NCBI GenBank assembly: GCA_051294375.1
Contig: CM119265.1
Coordinates: 11,099,818-11,163,817, forward strand
Source of the DNA: Paraspadella gotoi
Lineage: Eukaryota > Animalia > Chaetognatha
Direction: 5' to 3'
DNA length: 64,000 nucleotides
Shown here: in pieces, positions 60,312 through 64,000 of the stretch
Layout: each line of letters opens with the position of its first letter
Position numbering within the stretch: position 1 is the stretch's first letter
The notes under the pieces: generated by a model
Database searches by the model: none
Seen by the model: only the letters and a program-made list of their open reading frames with translations
Told to the model about the DNA's origin: nothing
Translations under genes and position numbers: made by a program

Positions 60312-61788
60312 CAGAAGGCTTCATATTATAAAATGTGGTACTATGGCAACAGCCGGGTTGCCTGTGATGCCCATTGGGATGGGGCATTCACTGTTGGCTT
60401 TGGGGGCTTCCGACCCTCAGTGACGCCTCCAGTCACTGGCGCGGTTACCCTAGGACGGTCTCGCTTTGCCAACGCAGAGGGAAGTCGTTAGGACTGTGGA
60501 TGGAACACTACGCTTGGGATGGTGTGTCCCCTCTGAGCCAATGGATTTGGCTGAAGGATGGTGGACGTGAGGCGGTGTGAATAATATACCCCACAGGATC
60601 CCGGGCCAAGACATCACTCAGGTTCCTCAAGCCTGAGAGGTGTCTGACAAGACTGTTACCATAGTGGGAGAGAGAGAGAGAGAGCGCGAGTTGTGGGGGC
60701 ATAGGCGTTTGTCGTAGCGTACCCCAGGGGCATAGGCGTTTGTCGTAGCGTACCCAAAGTCGCAGGGCATAGGCGTTTTCGTAGCGTACCCTGAGAAGGT
60801 TGCGTGTTCGATAGTAGGGCTCACCACTTATGGCAACAGCCGGGTTGCCTGTGATGCCCATTGGGATGGGGCATCTCACTGTTGGCTTTGGGGGCTTCCG
60901 ACCCTCAGTGACGCCTCCAGTCACTGGCGCGGTTACCCTAGGACGGTCTCGCTTTGCCAACGCAGAGGGAAGTCGTTAGGACTGTGGATGGAACACTACG
61001 CTTGGGATGGTGTGTTCCCCCTCTGAGCCAATGGATTTGGCTGAAGGATGGTGGACGTGAGGCGGTGTGGAATATACCGCCATAGTACCCCTTTTTTGTG
61101 ACCAGAATCTGTTCCCACCAAAGTACTTGATCGAATTTTATGAAATTTTACATATACAGTCCTAATGACGATATAAATGGAATTATCGAGGCAAATTTTA
61201 ATATTCAACCCTTGACAAGAGATACAGGGTCCTGGGGCTGGACCCCTGGGGGGCCAAAAAAGGCTAAACATTTTTTTCTTATATTTTAATATTTTTTAGT
61301 AGCATCAGGTGCATTGAAGTCTTAAACATGTAAAAAAAACATTTTAGAACTAAAATTGATAAATTTTCAATAATTAAGCATTGTTTGAAGATGCAAGGGT
61401 CATCGTTTTACTTCCAATTTTCCAAAATTATTCCAAATCTGAATTGAACAGCTGATGTTTAGAAGATGAAAATTAAGGTGAACTAACATTTTTGAGGTAA
61501 TAAATAGGTTTTTGTGGAAGAGTAAACGTCTGTGCAACTGTTCAAAACAAAAATATTTGAAAAAATTAGAAAAAATTTTTGACCATTTTTTGCCCCAATG
61601 GGTGACCCCCCAGAGTGCCCATATCTCGGCTCAGGGGTCAATTATTGAAATTCGCCTCGATATTTTTATTTGTATTCACATAGGGATCGTTCATTCCAAA
61701 TTTCAATAAATTTGGTCCAGTAGTTTTCTTGGAACGTGTTCTGGTAAAAAAAAAATGGGTACCACATTTTATAATATGAAGCCTTCTG
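60312..61788. mobile_element. Complete Tc1/mariner-type MITE (about 730 bp without the nested element)
   Basis: TA|CAGAAGGCTTCATATTATAAAATGTGGTAC...GTACCACATTTTATAATATGAAGCCTTCTG|TA. Confidence 0.8.
60342..61084 (-). mobile_element. Miniature non-autonomous LTR retrotransposon (TRIM-like): two LTRs of about 255 bp around a 233-bp core
   Basis: Direct repeats at 60342-60595 and 60829-61084; 4-bp TSD GTAC; PBS-like TGGTGAGCCC starts 2 nt after the minus-strand 5' LTR; core contains three GGGCATAGGCGTTT(G)TCGTAGCGTACCC repeats. Confidence 0.78.
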
Positions 61789-63014
61789 TAACTAAGAGAA
61801 AATTAGCTACCTCTGCTTGGCTTCGCATGGCCGAGCGGAATGGATTATAAATAAAAACGAAAAATGCACGGAAAAATATGAATAAAAGTTTAACTTTAGG
61901 ACCAGTATAGCTTTGTATGGCACTGACAAGAAAGACTTTTTGTTTCGCGTCATTAAAAACAATTCGTAAGAGGCAATGCATGCAGACTTGCAGAGGTTCT
62001 TGCAACCTTGTTTATGAGCAATTTACGAGAGAGCTAATATCAGTTTATTTTTAATATATTTTTATGCCGCTCTCTGGAGGACGATATCAATATTCACTTG
62101 CAAAAAAAACGTTTTTAAATTCCTACTATGGTTTCCGAGATATAGTCATAAACGTCAGCCTTGAAAAGCAAAATTTGTCAAAATATAATTTTCGAGTTTC
62201 TTCTTAGATTTCTGACGCGCAAGTACTAACTATTTAAAAGAAAGAAAACGTTTTGCTGATTTCTTCCAGCATAATACATAAATGAGTAAGACGATGGGTA
62301 CACCTGAAAGTGATATGTCTCTAGAAAACGGAAAATTTTTCTTTAGGTTTTATTTTGAAATTTAGGTAATGTACCAATTTGATAAATTGAGAATGAGATA
62401 CTCCCCCCCTTTGCCGAAATTTTTATTTAACAAAGATTTGCAATGCGTACGGTACGCGAAGCGTAGAGTGTCCTTTTTCCAGGGATGAAATAACTCTTCT
62501 ATTTTTACGTCCAATGAGCTGATATTTTAACATTAAATAGTCTCAACGTAGGTTTATTGCCCATTGGGTTAAAATTTAAATCGGACAATTCTAAACCACT
62601 TAAAAATAGGCCCCCCCAAAAAAAAAATTAAAAGTTGCATACAATTGAAACGTTCTTTGAACTATTTTCCACTTCATTGATAGGGAAGCCAGGTACTCTG
62701 GGAGTGAATAAACGAGACTGTGAGAGAGTCTTGATTGAAAGCTTGCAGGGACCTGCTATGTCATTATCTTGTAAGAGTGATGGAGGCCTTAAACCACCAA
62801 AGCCTGTCCAAAGTCAGGGGCAAGATAGCTTATTTATTAAATGAATGGATAATTTTTATATTTCTGAGACGGCAAGCTCTGTAACTCGAGTAGAAATGAT
62901 AATTTGAAAGCGAGTTTTTGTCTTGTTATCGAGGACTCATATGGCTACTCCCCCTTCGGTAAGCCATTGCTCTACGACCACTTTTGGGACATAGCAGTTT
63001 ATTGTAAAAGTTTA

Positions 63015-63086
63015 CCTTGAGTGGGATTCGAATCCTACCATTCCATTCTGCGTCGAAGTCTTAGTTTTTAACTACTCGGCCATCTC
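63015..63086 (-). mobile_element. tRNA-derived SINE head or tRNA pseudogene
   Basis: A-box-like TGGCCGAGTAGTT and B-box-like GGATTCGAATCCC, but no complete cloverleaf. Confidence 0.5.
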
Positions 63087-64000
63087 GTTATTTAAAAAAA
63101 AAAAAAATTCAAAATCCTAAATATAAATTTTTTTTTTCTTTTTAGTCAGATCTGCTTTCAGCAGATTCTGACTCTATAATTCACTTTGTCAGTCCCTCAG
63201 TCTTGTCGGGCATTCACTTATATCATGTCAGAACATCGAATTATAATAAATTATGCAAAAAAATGATGTCCATCTGTCCGTCCCACCTTAGCAAAAAGCA
63301 CTAATTACTCGTGATTTGATGGATGGATTGGAATGAAATTTTGTGTGTGGGTAGGGAAATTTGTAATTAAGCTGGATATGAAGTTTCAATGGAATCGTCC
63401 AAGTGGAAATGAGTTTGAATGGAAAAAAAAATTTACTATTTGAACACCAATTACTCAGGAGTGGATGGGGCGATTGACTTGAAATTTTGTATGTGGGTAG
63501 AAAAGTGTGTGATTAAGCTGGAAATCAAGTTTCGATGGAATCGTTTCGAGTGGAATTTTAAAACGGTTTTTTGCAAGTGAATATTGACATCATCCTCCAG
63601 GGACTGGCATAAAAATATATAAAAAATAAATTAAAACTAACTCCTATGAGTTATCTAGTACAAATCCTTGTTGGATCCAAATGAGTTCGATTTTAAGCGA
63701 AAGTTGATCGGTTTGAAGCGTGATTTTCGCGATCCTTTTTTGGCCATAACTTTTGAACGGATAATCCATTTTTGATGAAATTTCGAATGTAGATAATATT
63801 TAAAATTTCCTATCGATTGGCACCAAATTTATTTAAAAATACTTGTTTAGAAACGATGGACACCCCCAGAATTAATTATTTTTGATGATATCACGATAAC
63901 ACAAAAGGATTTAAAAGACTTTCAATCAATCATTTATATCCAAACCACTAAAGAAAAAGTGCAATTATAAAGGGTGCATATTGAGTAAATAATACTTTTT

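Noticed and set aside
60342-60595. Possible retrozyme hammerhead in the LTR
   Set aside because: No CUGANGA/GAAA core found on either strand by eye; only hairpins.
60690-60792. Three direct repeats resembling a CRISPR array
   Set aside because: Separated by only a few bases, eukaryotic context and no cas genes; they are the internal repeats of the TRIM-like element.
63015-63086. Functional tRNA gene
   Set aside because: Acceptor and anticodon stems do not pair; only the A and B boxes remain.
1-64000. Spliced-leader RNA gene and species assignment
   Set aside because: No SL RNA structure was recognised, and the sequence alone does not identify the organism.

Overview
Eukaryotic (invertebrate animal-like) genomic DNA with GC-rich exons, AT-rich introns and two N gaps (27733-27757, 38166-38265). 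Nine conserved genes all lie on the minus strand in the order NDUFAF7, SYCP1-like, ARPC3, OSTF1, MTRF1L, RAB9, AGGF1, DNAJC4-like, CCS (CCS continues out of the window). Seven of the eight stop-to-start spacers are only about 160-450 bp; the eighth shrinks to about 300 bp once one inserted element is removed. Most spacers carry an unpaired splice acceptor, and at three junctions the poly(A) signal lies exactly 53 nt upstream of that acceptor, suggesting a trans-spliced polycistronic operon. The large introns are filled with nested mobile DNA: a DIRS remnant, hAT, Tc1/mariner and Helentron-type non-autonomous elements, and Penelope-type hammerhead ribozymes. Also present are a miniature LTR element inserted twice at the same GTAC in a MITE terminal repeat, an LTR element with an orphan 649-aa ORF, a viral class III glycoprotein fragment and a nested antisense microprotein gene. 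The 7-kb tandem duplication of RAB9 exons 1-2 is probably an assembly artefact. All gene models and family calls were made by eye from recalled motifs; no searches were run.
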